Under the pieces are notes generated by a model that was not told the origin of the DNA, ran no database searches, and saw nothing but the letters and a program-made list of their open reading frames with translations. From the NCBI GenBank assembly GCA_016278295.1, contig JADQCC010000229.1, positions 1-46,877 on the forward strand: a stretch of DNA of 46,877 nucleotides, in the 5' to 3' direction. Shown one piece after another: positions 37,786 through 46,877 of this stretch. The position numbers and the translations under genes were made by a program. This stretch comes from Roseovarius sp. GTDB lineage: Bacteria > Pseudomonadota > Alphaproteobacteria > Rhodobacterales > Rhodobacteraceae. The stretch's first letter is position 1; each line of letters begins with the position of its first letter.

Positions 37786-38535
37786 ATGGAAATCACGTGG
37801 GACATGCTTGCCGTCGGGGCGGTCGCGGCGCTGTTCGCGGGCGTCTCGAAGGGGGGATTCGGTTCTGGCGCGGCCTTTGCGGGGGCGGCGATTCTGGCGC
37901 TGGTGGCGCCGCCGGGGTTGGCGCTGGGGATCATGCTGCCGCTGTTGATGTTGATCGACCTCGCGACATTGCGGCCCTACTGGCGACAATGGGGCATCAC
38001 CGAGGCAGCGCTGCTGATCCTCGGAGGGCTGCCAGGCGTGGCGCTGGGGGCTGCGTTCTACCGGGTGGCCGACGCCGATCTGCTGCGGCTTCTCATCGGC
38101 GCGATCGCGCTGGGGTTTGTCGGCTGGCAGGTGGCGCTCCGGTCCGGGGCGATCCGCGGCGCGGCGCGGCCCTTGCCGGGCTGGGCGGGCCTGATGGCGG
38201 GCCTCGTGGCCGGGTTTACCAGTTTCGTCAGCCACGCGGGCGGGCCACCGGCGGCCGTTTACCTGCTGTCGCGGGGCCTCGGCAAGACCGGCTATCAGGC
38301 GAGCACGGTGGCGCTGTTCTTCGTGCTCAACATCGCCAAGGCCGTGCCTTACGGCTTTCTCGGGCTGTTCACCGCCGAGACGTTGCACATCGACCTGATG
38401 TTGGCGCCTCTGGCACTGATGGGGGCGTGGATCGGCGTGCGCGCGCACCGGGCGGTACCGGAGCGCGCGTTCTTTGCAATCACCTATGTGCTGCTGACCG
38501 TGACCGGGCTCAAGCTGGTGATTGACGGCCTCTGA
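37786..38535 (+). CDS. TauE/SafE sulfite exporter family protein
   Basis: GVSKGGFGSG, LPLL, SHAGGPP, YQAST; GGAG RBS. Confidence 0.9.
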   Translation: MEITWDMLAVGAVAALFAGVSKGGFGSGAAFAGAAILALVAPPGLALGIMLPLLMLIDLATLRPYWRQWGITEAALLILGGLPGVALGAAFYRVADADLLRLLIGAIALGFVGWQVALRSGAIRGAARPLPGWAGLMAGLVAGFTSFVSHAGGPPAAVYLLSRGLGKTGYQASTVALFFVLNIAKAVPYGFLGLFTAETLHIDLMLAPLALMGAWIGVRAHRAVPERAFFAITYVLLTVTGLKLVIDGL

Positions 38536-38542
38536 TGCCTTT

Positions 38543-38851
38543 TCAGGCGTCGTTACCCGGGGCGGGCAGGCTGTCGGCCACCGTCTCGAATGCCTGACCG
38601 GCGGCGATCAGGCAGGTGATGCCGTTGGTGCCGGTCACGGTGATGGTCCAACTGCCGGAGGTGGCGGAGGCGAACACCTCGACCACCGCGTTGTTGGCCC
38701 CCAACCCCATCGACCGCCGGGTTTCACCATAAGCCTCATTGAGGCGCTGCACCACCATCTCTCGCGGGGCGCACTGGCTCGATTGCGCCGATGCCGGTAT
38801 GGCCAGCAGGCAGGCGAGGGCCGCTGTCAGGCTCAGTTTTCTTGCGATCAT
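38543..38851 (-). CDS. conserved small secreted hypothetical protein
   Basis: Signal peptide, QCAPRE...YGE...GSWTI...CLIAAG. Confidence 0.75.
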   Translation of the reverse strand: MIARKLSLTAALACLLAIPASAQSSQCAPREMVVQRLNEAYGETRRSMGLGANNAVVEVFASATSGSWTITVTGTNGITCLIAAGQAFETVADSLPAPGNDA

Positions 38852-39039
38852 CGTCACACCCTTTCCCCTTTTGAATCCCTGCCGTCCCGTGAAAGGATGC
38901 CGGAGGAGACGTGAAGACTTGGTTAATGCGGGGTGACGGGGCTCCGGTATGCTGCGGCGCGGCGGAAACTGCTTGAAGTTTTGCGGCAATAAATGGCATT
39001 CCTGCGCAAGATTGTTACCTCTCAGAGCAAGGACAGATC

Positions 39040-39900
39040 ATGGCCAGCCCCTCACATCCCTATCGCTCGGTTCTCTATATCCCCGGCTCGAAGGAACGCG
39101 CGCTGGAGAAGGCGCGCGATCTGCCGACCGATGCGATCATCTTCGATCTGGAGGATGCCGTCGCCCCCGACGCCAAGGCCGAGGCGCGCGACATGCTGGT
39201 CGCGGCGCTGCGCGCGGGCGGCTATGGCAAGCGGGCGCGGATCGTGCGGATCAACGCGCTGACCACCGAGTGGGGGCTGGAAGATGCCCGCGCGCTGTGC
39301 GAGGCGGGGCCCGACGCGATCCTGTTGCCCAAGGTCAACACGCCATCCGATATCGACAACCTGACCGAGGTGATCGGCCCCGACCTGCCGGTCTGGACGA
39401 TGATGGAGACGCCGGTCAGCGTGTTCAACGCGCGCGAGATCGCCGCGCACCGACAGGTGACGGGGCTGGTGGCGGGGACCAACGACCTGACCAAGGACCT
39501 CGGCTGCCGGGTGCGCGCCGACCGCCTGCCGCTGATGACCGCGTTGCAGATGGTGGTGATGGCGGCGCGCGCGGCGCGGATCGTGGCGGTGGACGGGGTC
39601 TATAACCGGTTCCGCGACGGCGACGGGCTGAAGGTGGAATGCGAGCAGGGGCGCGACCTCGGCTTTGACGGCAAGACACTGATCCACCCCGCGCAAATCG
39701 AGATCGCCAACACCGCCTTTGCCCCCACCAATTCGGAGATTGAACTGGCCGAACGGCAGATCGCGGCCTATGAAGAAAGCCGGGCCTCGGGACAGGGGAT
39801 CGCGGTGGTGGACGGGCAGATCGTCGAGAACCTGCACATCGTCGCGGCGCAGCGCATCCTCGACCGGGCGCAGGCGATACGGGACATGGCAGCGGAGTAG
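39040..39900 (+). CDS. mcl2: CitE-like (3S)-malyl-CoA thioesterase
   Basis: HPYRSVLYIPGSKERALEKA, DLEDAV, GTNDL, GKTLIHP; clustered with mch. Confidence 0.8.
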   Translation: MASPSHPYRSVLYIPGSKERALEKARDLPTDAIIFDLEDAVAPDAKAEARDMLVAALRAGGYGKRARIVRINALTTEWGLEDARALCEAGPDAILLPKVNTPSDIDNLTEVIGPDLPVWTMMETPVSVFNAREIAAHRQVTGLVAGTNDLTKDLGCRVRADRLPLMTALQMVVMAARAARIVAVDGVYNRFRDGDGLKVECEQGRDLGFDGKTLIHPAQIEIANTAFAPTNSEIELAERQIAAYEESRASGQGIAVVDGQIVENLHIVAAQRILDRAQAIRDMAAE

Positions 39901-39906
39901 CGACCA

Positions 39907-40452
39907 ATGGTTTACCTCATCCTCGGGCTGATCCTCTGGACGGCGGCGCATCTGTTCAAGCGGGTGGCCCCCGAGTTGCGCGCCGGGATGGGGGCCGCCG
40001 GCAAGGGGCTGGTGGCCGTGGGCGTTCTCGCGGGGCTCGGGCTGATGATCTACGGCTACCGGCAGGCGGAGTTTGTCAACATCTGGTTTCCGCCCGCGTG
40101 GGCCGTGCATCTCAACAACCTGATGATGCTGGGGGCCGTGTTCCTCTATGGAATGAGCGCCACCAAGGGGCGGCTCAGGGGCGCGCTCCGCCACCCGCAA
40201 CTGACCGCCGTCAAGGTCTGGGCGGTGGCGCACCTGCTGGTGAACGGCGATCTCGCCTCGCTGATCCTCTTTGGCGGGTTGCTCGCCTGGGCGGTGCTGG
40301 AGGTGGTGGTCATCAATCTCTCCGAGGAATGGGAGCGTCCCGCACCAGGCGAGGCAAAAAAGGACGTGCTGCTGGTGATCATCACCGTGGTGATGTTCCT
40401 TGTCATCACTTTCATTCACAACTGGCTGGGTGTCTGGCCATTCCCGGGGTAA
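39907..40452 (+). CDS. NnrU family membrane protein
   Basis: RHPQL, WAVAHLLVNGD. Confidence 0.88.
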   Translation: MVYLILGLILWTAAHLFKRVAPELRAGMGAAGKGLVAVGVLAGLGLMIYGYRQAEFVNIWFPPAWAVHLNNLMMLGAVFLYGMSATKGRLRGALRHPQLTAVKVWAVAHLLVNGDLASLILFGGLLAWAVLEVVVINLSEEWERPAPGEAKKDVLLVIITVVMFLVITFIHNWLGVWPFPG

Positions 40453-40456
40453 GGCG

Positions 40457-40660
40457 ATGAAACTCTACCGTTTTCTCAGCGCTGACGACACGTCGGAATT
40501 TTGCCACAAGGTGACGACCGCCCTCAACGACGGCTGGGAGCTTCACGGCGGGCCCACCTATGCCTTTGACGTTGCCAACGGCGTGATGCGCTGCGGTCAG
40601 GCCGTGGTGAAGGAGAAAGAGGGCAGCTATTCGCCCGACATGAAGCTGGGAGAGCAGTAG
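40457..40660 (+). CDS. DUF1737 domain protein
   Basis: MKLYRFL..DD...FCHKVT.AL..GW.L.G.P, CGQAVVK. Confidence 0.85.
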   Translation: MKLYRFLSADDTSEFCHKVTTALNDGWELHGGPTYAFDVANGVMRCGQAVVKEKEGSYSPDMKLGEQ

Positions 40661-40662
40661 GC

Positions 40663-41691
40663 ATGAAGACCAATCCGGGCCGGTTCTTCGAGGATTATAC
40701 CCTCGGCGAGGTGATCCGCCACGCGGTGCCGCGCAGCGTCTCGGGCGGCGAGCGGGCGCTCTATCACGCGCTCTACCCGGCGCGGCACGCGCTTTATTCC
40801 TCCAACGAGTTCGCGCGTGCGAGCGGGCTGCCCGAAAGTCCGATCGACGACATGGCGGCGTTTCACATCGTGTTTGGCAAATCGGTGCCGGACATCTCGC
40901 TCAATGCCGTGGCCAATCTCGGCTATGCCGAGGCGCGCTGGCTGCGCCCGGTCTATCCCGGCGACACGTTGCGCAGCGAATCCGAGGTGATCGGGCTCAA
41001 GCAGAACTCCTCTGGCAAAACCGGGGTGGTGTATGTGCGCACCACCGGCGTCAATCAGCATGACCTGCCGGTGATGGAATTCACCCGCTGGGTCATGGTG
41101 CGCAAGAACGACATGAACGCCCCGGCACCGGACCCGGTGGTGCCGCAGACGGCACCGGCGGTTGACCCGGACGACCTCATCATCCCGGCGGGGCTCGACT
41201 TCACGAATTACGATTTCGAGCTGGCAGGCGAGCCGCACCGGCTGGGCGATTACGAGATCGGCGAACGGATCGACCACGTCGATGGCGTAACCATCGAGGA
41301 AGCCGAGCACATGATCGCGACGCGGCTGTGGCAGAACACATCCAAGACGCATTTCGACGCCACGCCACGCGCCGATGGCAAGCGGCTCATCTATGGCGGG
41401 CATGTGATCTCGATGGCGCGCGCACTGTCGTTCAACGGGCTCGCCAATGCGCAGATGGTCGCCGCGATCAACGCGGGTTCTCATGCCAACCCGTGCTTTG
41501 CCGGCGACACGGTGCGCGCCTGGTCCGAGGTGCTCGACCGTGCAGAGGTGGACGCGCCGGGGGTGGGCGCGCTGCGCCTGCGACTGGTGGCCACCAAGGG
41601 CGGCGCGCCCTTCACCCTCAAGGACGAGGACGGCAAATACCTGCCGCACGTGTTGCTGGATCTCGATTACTGGGCGCTGATGCCGGTCTGA
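40663..41691 (+). CDS. mch: mesaconyl-CoA hydratase (double MaoC, ethylmalonyl-CoA pathway)
   Basis: KTNPGRFFED, VFGKSVPDISLNAVANLGY, YGGHVIS, LDLDYW. Confidence 0.9.
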   Translation: MKTNPGRFFEDYTLGEVIRHAVPRSVSGGERALYHALYPARHALYSSNEFARASGLPESPIDDMAAFHIVFGKSVPDISLNAVANLGYAEARWLRPVYPGDTLRSESEVIGLKQNSSGKTGVVYVRTTGVNQHDLPVMEFTRWVMVRKNDMNAPAPDPVVPQTAPAVDPDDLIIPAGLDFTNYDFELAGEPHRLGDYEIGERIDHVDGVTIEEAEHMIATRLWQNTSKTHFDATPRADGKRLIYGGHVISMARALSFNGLANAQMVAAINAGSHANPCFAGDTVRAWSEVLDRAEVDAPGVGALRLRLVATKGGAPFTLKDEDGKYLPHVLLDLDYWALMPV

Positions 41692-41701
41692 GCCCCTGCG
41701 G

Positions 41702-42160
41702 TCAGAGACTGCGCAGGATCGCCTTCAACTCGGGTTCCCGCACAAGTTTCGCGGCCTGTTTCGCCGGCACCCAGAGCCGCTTGCGCTGTCCCGCCTCGGG
41801 GAAGCTGTCGGCGAGATCGCCCTTGCGCAACCGCACCTTGTAGAGATGCGCGACGATCGGGATCATACTGCCATCGTCGAGCGACTTGTCATAGAAGAAC
41901 CGTCCGGCAGGGCGCGCCTTGTCGGCACCCGCGCGCACGCCCGCCTCTTCCCACGCCTCGCGCATGGCCGTCTGCGCGTCGCTCAGCCCCTTGATCGGCC
42001 AGCCCTTGGGCACGATCCAGCGCGCGGTGTCGCGGCTGGTGATGAGCAGCACCTCCTTGCGCCCCTTTTCCTTGCGCCAGCACAGCGCCGCCACCTGCCG
42101 TTCTGGCGGATAGGCGGTGCGCGCGCCGCAGCACTCGGTTACGGATTGCATCTTTACCAT
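41702..42160 (-). CDS. NUDIX hydrolase
   Basis: QVAALC, LITSRDT, WIVPKG, AMREAWEEAG, FPEAGQR; start codon uncertain (42160 or 42151). Confidence 0.88.
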   Translation of the reverse strand: MVKMQSVTECCGARTAYPPERQVAALCWRKEKGRKEVLLITSRDTARWIVPKGWPIKGLSDAQTAMREAWEEAGVRAGADKARPAGRFFYDKSLDDGSMIPIVAHLYKVRLRKGDLADSFPEAGQRKRLWVPAKQAAKLVREPELKAILRSL

Positions 42161-42239
42161 TTGGTTTGCCCTGCCCGGCGTGTTCGCATTTTTTCGCCTA
42201 TTATCGTTAAAGTTAAGCGGAAACCGGGCGCTTTGCAAA

Positions 42240-44705
42240 TCACCGTGTGTTTCGCGGCGTGTTTCGCCGCTTGGCCCGCAGCGTCGGGTCTGCCTCTGTC
42301 GGATCCTCGGGCCAGGGGTGCCGGGGATAGCGGCCGCGCATGTCCTTGCGCACATCGGCGTAAGAGGTGGCCCAGAAACCGGGAATGTCGGTGGTGGTCT
42401 GCACCGGTTTCTGCCCCGGCGACAAGAGCGTGACGCGCAATCGCCGCCGGGCAACGACCGGGTGCTCGGTCTGGCCGAACATTTCCTGCAGACGCAGGGT
42501 GATCTCCGGCTCTTCGCCGGAATAGTCGATGGGGATCTTGCGCCCCAGCGGCGTGAGGAAATGCGCGGGCGCGCTGCTGTCAAGCGCCTGCATCTGGTCC
42601 CATGTGAGCCTTGCGCGCAGCGCGTCCAGCATATCGAACACCTTCCAGTCCCGTGCCGTTTTCACGCCCCCGAGAAACGGCAGCAACCATGTTTCCAGCG
42701 TGTCCATGAGCGCCGCCTCGGACATGTCGGGCAGGTCCGGCATGGCCTCGCGGCAGAGCGCCACGCGGGCCGCGAAACGGCGGGCGGCATCGGTCCAGTT
42801 CAACCCGAGGTCGCGCACCCCGTCGAGCATGGCGCGGGCGGCCGCCTCTTGCGGCGCGTCCTTCCAGAGCCGGTCATCCAGGATCAGCGCGCCGAACCGC
42901 TCCTGCTTGCGGGCAACGACGCGGCGCGCGCGCCGGTCCCACGCGCAGACAGCCTGCCAGCCGATCCGGTCGCCGTAGAGGTCGCGCAGCTCCGCCTCGC
43001 CGATCTCGATAGCCTGCCGGATGCGTGCCTCACGCGGGTCACCGTCGAGATCGGTGGCGACGATGAGCCGCGCGCCGGACATGGGGTCGCCCTCTGGCAT
43101 GACCGCCCCCTTGCCGCCCGAGAGCACGTAGCGCGGGGCGTCGCCCTTGCGGCGCAGCCCGATGCGATCAGGGTAGGCCAGCGCGGCGCGTCCGGCATCG
43201 CTCATCCCGGCCTCTGCCCCCCTGGCCTGACGGGCCAGGCGTTTCGCCTCGGCGCGGATACGCTCGACCGCGGCGCGATTGGCGGGGTGGGGGTGACGCT
43301 CGGCATAGGCGCGCGGATCGCGGATCGCCGCGAGCCGCAGGGACAGGTCCACAGGCGCGCCACGCGCCAGCGGGTCGCGATCCGCCAGCAGCGCCGCCAT
43401 CGGGGCGGCACCGGGGCCGGCCACGGCCAGCATATGCGCAAGCCGGGGATGCAGCGGCAACGCCGCCAGCACGCGCCCGTGATCGGTGATGCGCCCCTTG
43501 CCGTCGAGCGCGCCCAGCATTGTCAGAAGCGCGCGCGCCTCGGCGTAGCTGCCGGGGTTGGGCGGGGTGAGGAAGGGAAGCGCCTCTGGTTCCGCCCCCC
43601 ACAAAGCCAGTTCCAGCGCCAGCCCGGCGAGGTCGGCGGCCTCGATCTCGGGCGACGGAAAGGGGGCGAGCGCGCCCTCCTCGCCGCGCGTCCAGAGCCG
43701 GAAGCATAGGCCCTCGGCCACCCGGCCCGCGCGGCCCGCGCGCTGCGTCGCCTCGGCGCGGGTGACCCGTTCGGTCACCAGCCGCGACATGCCCGAGCCG
43801 GGATCGAACCGCGCCCGCCGCGCACGGCCCCCGTCCACCACGACGCGGATATCCTCGATGGTGAGAGAGGTCTCGGCGATGGCGGTCGCGAGCACGATCT
43901 TGCGGCCCTCCGGGCACGGGGCGATGGCGGCGCGCTGCGCGGCGAACTCCATCGCGCCGAACAGCGGGCGCAGGTGACAGCCGGGTGGCAGGCGGCCCTT
44001 GAGCAACGCCTCCACCCGCCTGATTTCTCCCTCGCCGGGGAGAAAGACGAGCACACCGCCCCCTGTCTCCGCGACCGCGCGCTCCACCAGATCGGCCACG
44101 CCCTCCTCGAAGCGCTGCGCCTTACGCCGGGGGCGGTCGAGCCAGCGGGTCTCGACCGGGTAGCTGCGCCCCTCCGACGTCACCACCGGCGCGTCACCCA
44201 TCAGCCGCCCCACCGGCTCGGCATCGAGCGTGGCGGACATGGCGAGCAGGATCATGTCCTCGCGCAGCGCGCCTGCCACCTCGAGGCACAGGGCAAGGCC
44301 AAGATCGGCGTTGAGCGAGCGTTCGTGAAACTCGTCGAAGATCACGGCACCGACGCCGGGCAGGTCCGGGGCAGACTGGATCATGCGGGTGAGGATGCCC
44401 TCGGTCACCACCTCGATCCGGGTCGTCCTCGACACCTTCGCCTCGCCCCGGATACGGTAGCCGACGGTCTCACCCACCCGTTCGCCCAGGGTTTCGGCCA
44501 TGCGCTCGGCGGCGGCGCGGGCAGCGAGACGGCGCGGCTCCAGCATCACGATACGGCCCTGACAAATCCCCGCCCGCAGCATCTCAAGCGGCACTGCGGT
44601 GGTCTTGCCCGCCCCCGGCGGAGCCTGCAACACCGCGCGCCCGCGCCGCCGCAGCGCTTCGAGCAGGGCGGGAATGGCGTCGTGGATGGGCAGTTGGGCG
44701 GACAT
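42240..44705 (-). CDS. hrpB: ATP-dependent helicase HrpB
   Basis: APPGAGKTT, DEFHER, MSAT, AETSLT, QRAGRAGR, C-terminal RYPRHPWP. Confidence 0.95.
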   Translation of the reverse strand: MSAQLPIHDAIPALLEALRRRGRAVLQAPPGAGKTTAVPLEMLRAGICQGRIVMLEPRRLAARAAAERMAETLGERVGETVGYRIRGEAKVSRTTRIEVVTEGILTRMIQSAPDLPGVGAVIFDEFHERSLNADLGLALCLEVAGALREDMILLAMSATLDAEPVGRLMGDAPVVTSEGRSYPVETRWLDRPRRKAQRFEEGVADLVERAVAETGGGVLVFLPGEGEIRRVEALLKGRLPPGCHLRPLFGAMEFAAQRAAIAPCPEGRKIVLATAIAETSLTIEDIRVVVDGGRARRARFDPGSGMSRLVTERVTRAEATQRAGRAGRVAEGLCFRLWTRGEEGALAPFPSPEIEAADLAGLALELALWGAEPEALPFLTPPNPGSYAEARALLTMLGALDGKGRITDHGRVLAALPLHPRLAHMLAVAGPGAAPMAALLADRDPLARGAPVDLSLRLAAIRDPRAYAERHPHPANRAAVERIRAEAKRLARQARGAEAGMSDAGRAALAYPDRIGLRRKGDAPRYVLSGGKGAVMPEGDPMSGARLIVATDLDGDPREARIRQAIEIGEAELRDLYGDRIGWQAVCAWDRRARRVVARKQERFGALILDDRLWKDAPQEAAARAMLDGVRDLGLNWTDAARRFAARVALCREAMPDLPDMSEAALMDTLETWLLPFLGGVKTARDWKVFDMLDALRARLTWDQMQALDSSAPAHFLTPLGRKIPIDYSGEEPEITLRLQEMFGQTEHPVVARRRLRVTLLSPGQKPVQTTTDIPGFWATSYADVRKDMRGRYPRHPWPEDPTEADPTLRAKRRNTPRNTR

Positions 44706-44922
44706 GCCCCGGTTATCCGACAGCGACGCCCGCTTGACCAGAGGAGGAACCGCACCGCACCTGGTTTTTCGGAGACTGCAAATCGAGGGCGGATTGGAAC
44801 CACCGAAAAGGACAACAAAGTGAACCGCCATTCACCGGAGACACACGCGCGAGCCGTGCGAAGGGGGCTCGACGATGAATGACAGGCGCACAGGAATGAA
44901 CAGAACCGTGACCGGGCGCTGC

Positions 44923-46877
44923 CTAGCTTCGCGACCAGCGCGATCGCCCGGTCGGCGTTGCCCATCGGACAAAACCGCGCCACGCGGGACCGGTGAGCAT
45001 CAGTATGACGACGAATGCCTGCGCGGCGAGCGTTTCAGCCACGGGAAAGACCCCGAACCAGACTTGCAGCCATTGGAGATCGGGAAACCAGCCGACCGGC
45101 GTGGCATCGACCAGCGCGGCGGTTTGCAGGCCGCGAATCCCGGCCCCGGTCAGCGTCACGGCGAGAATCGCAAGCAGCGCCGTGGTGACCCGGAAGAACA
45201 CCCCGATCGGCAACCGTCGCCCCGATGCCAGGACCGCCCATCCCGCGGCGAGCGCCGCGGCCCCACCCAGCGCCAGCCCCGCCAGGACCGGCGACATCGC
45301 GGCGTCGATCAACAGCGCCTCGAGGAAGAGCACCGTCTCGAAACCTTCGCGGAACACCACGAGGAAAGCGAGGCCCCCCACCGTAAACCGGTTCGCGACG
45401 CCGCCCATGCGGGCGCGGAACCGGGCGACGTGGCCGCCGCCGGCGGCGAAGCCCATCACCAGCGCGACCAGGACCAAAGCCGCCAGCAACGCGGTGCCGC
45501 CCTCGAGCGCCTCGCGCGCGAGGGTAGAGATCGAGAACAGCCAGCGCGCGCCCGCCCAGAGCGTGACGCTCGCGCCAAGCGCGAGCAGCACACCGCCGGC
45601 GATGGACCCGCGGAACCGCGCCGGCGACTTGCCCTCTGCCCTGAGCGCGGCGAGGAGCGCGGCGATGATCAGGACCGCCTCGAATCCCTCACGAAACAGC
45701 AGGAGCGCCGATTGCAGCGCCACGCCGTAGGCCGAGACAGGCTGTTCGATGACCGCGCGCGCGGCTTCGAGCTCGGCGTTGACGCGCGCAACTTCGGCGG
45801 CGATATCACCTGCCTCCGCACGGCGACCGATCAGCGCGCCAAGCCCCGGTCGGCTTGCAGTGCCGTCCCAGAACCGCGCTTCAAGCCGCATCGCCGTCGA
45901 CGGGGCACGCGGCACAAGGCGCTGCTCGATATCGGGATCGAACCAGGAATAGGCTTCGAGCCGTTTCGTCTCGGCGCCCGCCCAGTCGCCCGCGCTTGCC
46001 ATGAGGGTCAGTTCCTCGAGCGTTGCAGCGATCTGCTCAAAGGCCACCGAGGTTCCGCCGCGGGCGACATCGGCGCCGAATTCGGCATCGATCAGTGCGA
46101 GCGCCTCGGCGACCAGCGGTTCGACGCGATCGGTCTTGTCGGCGATCTCGCGGCGCATGGTATCGAGAAGGGTATCGAGCCGCGCGGCGGCCTCGCTATC
46201 CATCTCGGGCGCAAGATCACCCAGAATCATCGCCGCGCGGTCGCGGAACATCCTTGCTTCGCTGTATTCTACCGGGATGCGCACGACCCCGTCCTTCACG
46301 CCGTTGCCATATTCCTCCTGCACGAGCGCGGTGAATCGGCGCATGAGCGCCGCCCTGCGGACGCGTTCTTGCACCGGAAGCGTGACCGGCGCATAGCCCG
46401 CGAGCAACGCTTCGATCCCGGAGATCGCATCGGGGTCGCGCGCGGCGCGGGCGAGATCGCGGAGGAGCGTCGCAAGCCCGTCACGCCCCAGTTTGTCGAT
46501 CAGGCTATCCTCGAGATAGGTGACCATGCCTTCGATCCGACCCAGATCGCCTGCATATTGCGTCTCATACCCCTTCACCGCATCGCGCGCGGCGCGGGCG
46601 AGCGCCAGGCGCAATTCCGAAGCCGCCACGGTCAGAAGCTCGGCTTCGACCGTCGCGCGCGCTGCCTCGGGCGAGAGCGTCCCGTCCCCCAGCGCCTGAA
46701 TCGCAAGGGCGGCGGCCGTGTCGCCGGAGGCACGGGCATAATCGCGGATGGTCAGCCAATTCTTCGCGAGGGCCGCATCGCCACCTGCGATGGCTCTGTC
46801 AAGCTGCGTCCGCGCGCCGGCCAGGATCCGCGCCCAGAGCCGCTGACGCCAGCGCGCCGCGCCGGGGATGTCGTCTT
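44923..46877 (-). CDS. FTR1-family iron permease with a long soluble N-terminal region; start lies beyond the window end
   Basis: Two REGFE motifs (FREGFEA, FREGFET); the frame stays open from 46629 to 46877. Confidence 0.88.
   Translation of the reverse strand, partial: DDIPGAARWRQRLWARILAGARTQLDRAIAGGDAALAKNWLTIRDYARASGDTAAALAIQALGDGTLSPEAARATVEAELLTVAASELRLALARAARDAVKGYETQYAGDLGRIEGMVTYLEDSLIDKLGRDGLATLLRDLARAARDPDAISGIEALLAGYAPVTLPVQERVRRAALMRRFTALVQEEYGNGVKDGVVRIPVEYSEARMFRDRAAMILGDLAPEMDSEAAARLDTLLDTMRREIADKTDRVEPLVAEALALIDAEFGADVARGGTSVAFEQIAATLEELTLMASAGDWAGAETKRLEAYSWFDPDIEQRLVPRAPSTAMRLEARFWDGTASRPGLGALIGRRAEAGDIAAEVARVNAELEAARAVIEQPVSAYGVALQSALLLFREGFEAVLIIAALLAALRAEGKSPARFRGSIAGGVLLALGASVTLWAGARWLFSISTLAREALEGGTALLAALVLVALVMGFAAGGGHVARFRARMGGVANRFTVGGLAFLVVFREGFETVLFLEALLIDAAMSPVLAGLALGGAAALAAGWAVLASGRRLPIGVFFRVTTALLAILAVTLTGAGIRGLQTAALVDATPVGWFPDLQWLQVWFGVFPVAETLAAQAFVVILMLTGPAWRGFVRWATPTGRSRWSRS

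Noticed and set aside
37107-38525. 472-aa ORF and 291-aa TauE extension spanning the IS6 remnant
   Set aside because: Read-through of pseudogene DNA; the RBS-supported tauE start is 37786.
39040-39900. Malyl-CoA lyase mcl1 or citrate lyase citE
   Set aside because: The N-terminus and linkage to mch fit the Mcl2 thioesterase better; no citD or citF.
42200-42217. CtrA box upstream of the NUDIX gene
   Set aside because: TTAA half-sites are present but not at TTAA-N7-TTAA spacing.

Overview
High-GC alphaproteobacterial chromosomal DNA; gene content and order point to the Rhodobacteraceae/Roseobacter group. The left part is the TCA cluster mdh-sucC-sucD-sucA-sucB on the minus strand. Two passenger genes sit between sucC and sucD, separated by a chimeric 42-codon sucD-head/sucC-tail recombination scar. 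Between mdh and a TauE gene lies a ~29 kb island (8520-37766) bounded by two directly oriented, decayed IS6-family ends. It encodes a GntR regulator with six TGGTATACCA-type operator palindromes and a TRAP transporter. It also carries an intact RuBisCO-like protein / DUF1537 kinase / ApnO module resembling D-apionate catabolism, plus uronate, pentonate and idonate/gluconate enzymes and a PhyH-family dioxygenase. Several island genes are hollowed out by internal deletions that keep only their first and last codons (ltnD, otnK/otnC, kdgK, rraA, a Gfo/Idh/MocA gene, a second phyH, and the IS6 transposase itself). The right part is core genome: tauE, mcl2, nnrU-like, DUF1737, mch, NUDIX, hrpB and a truncated FTR1 iron permease. 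All calls come from motif recognition by eye; no database search was run.
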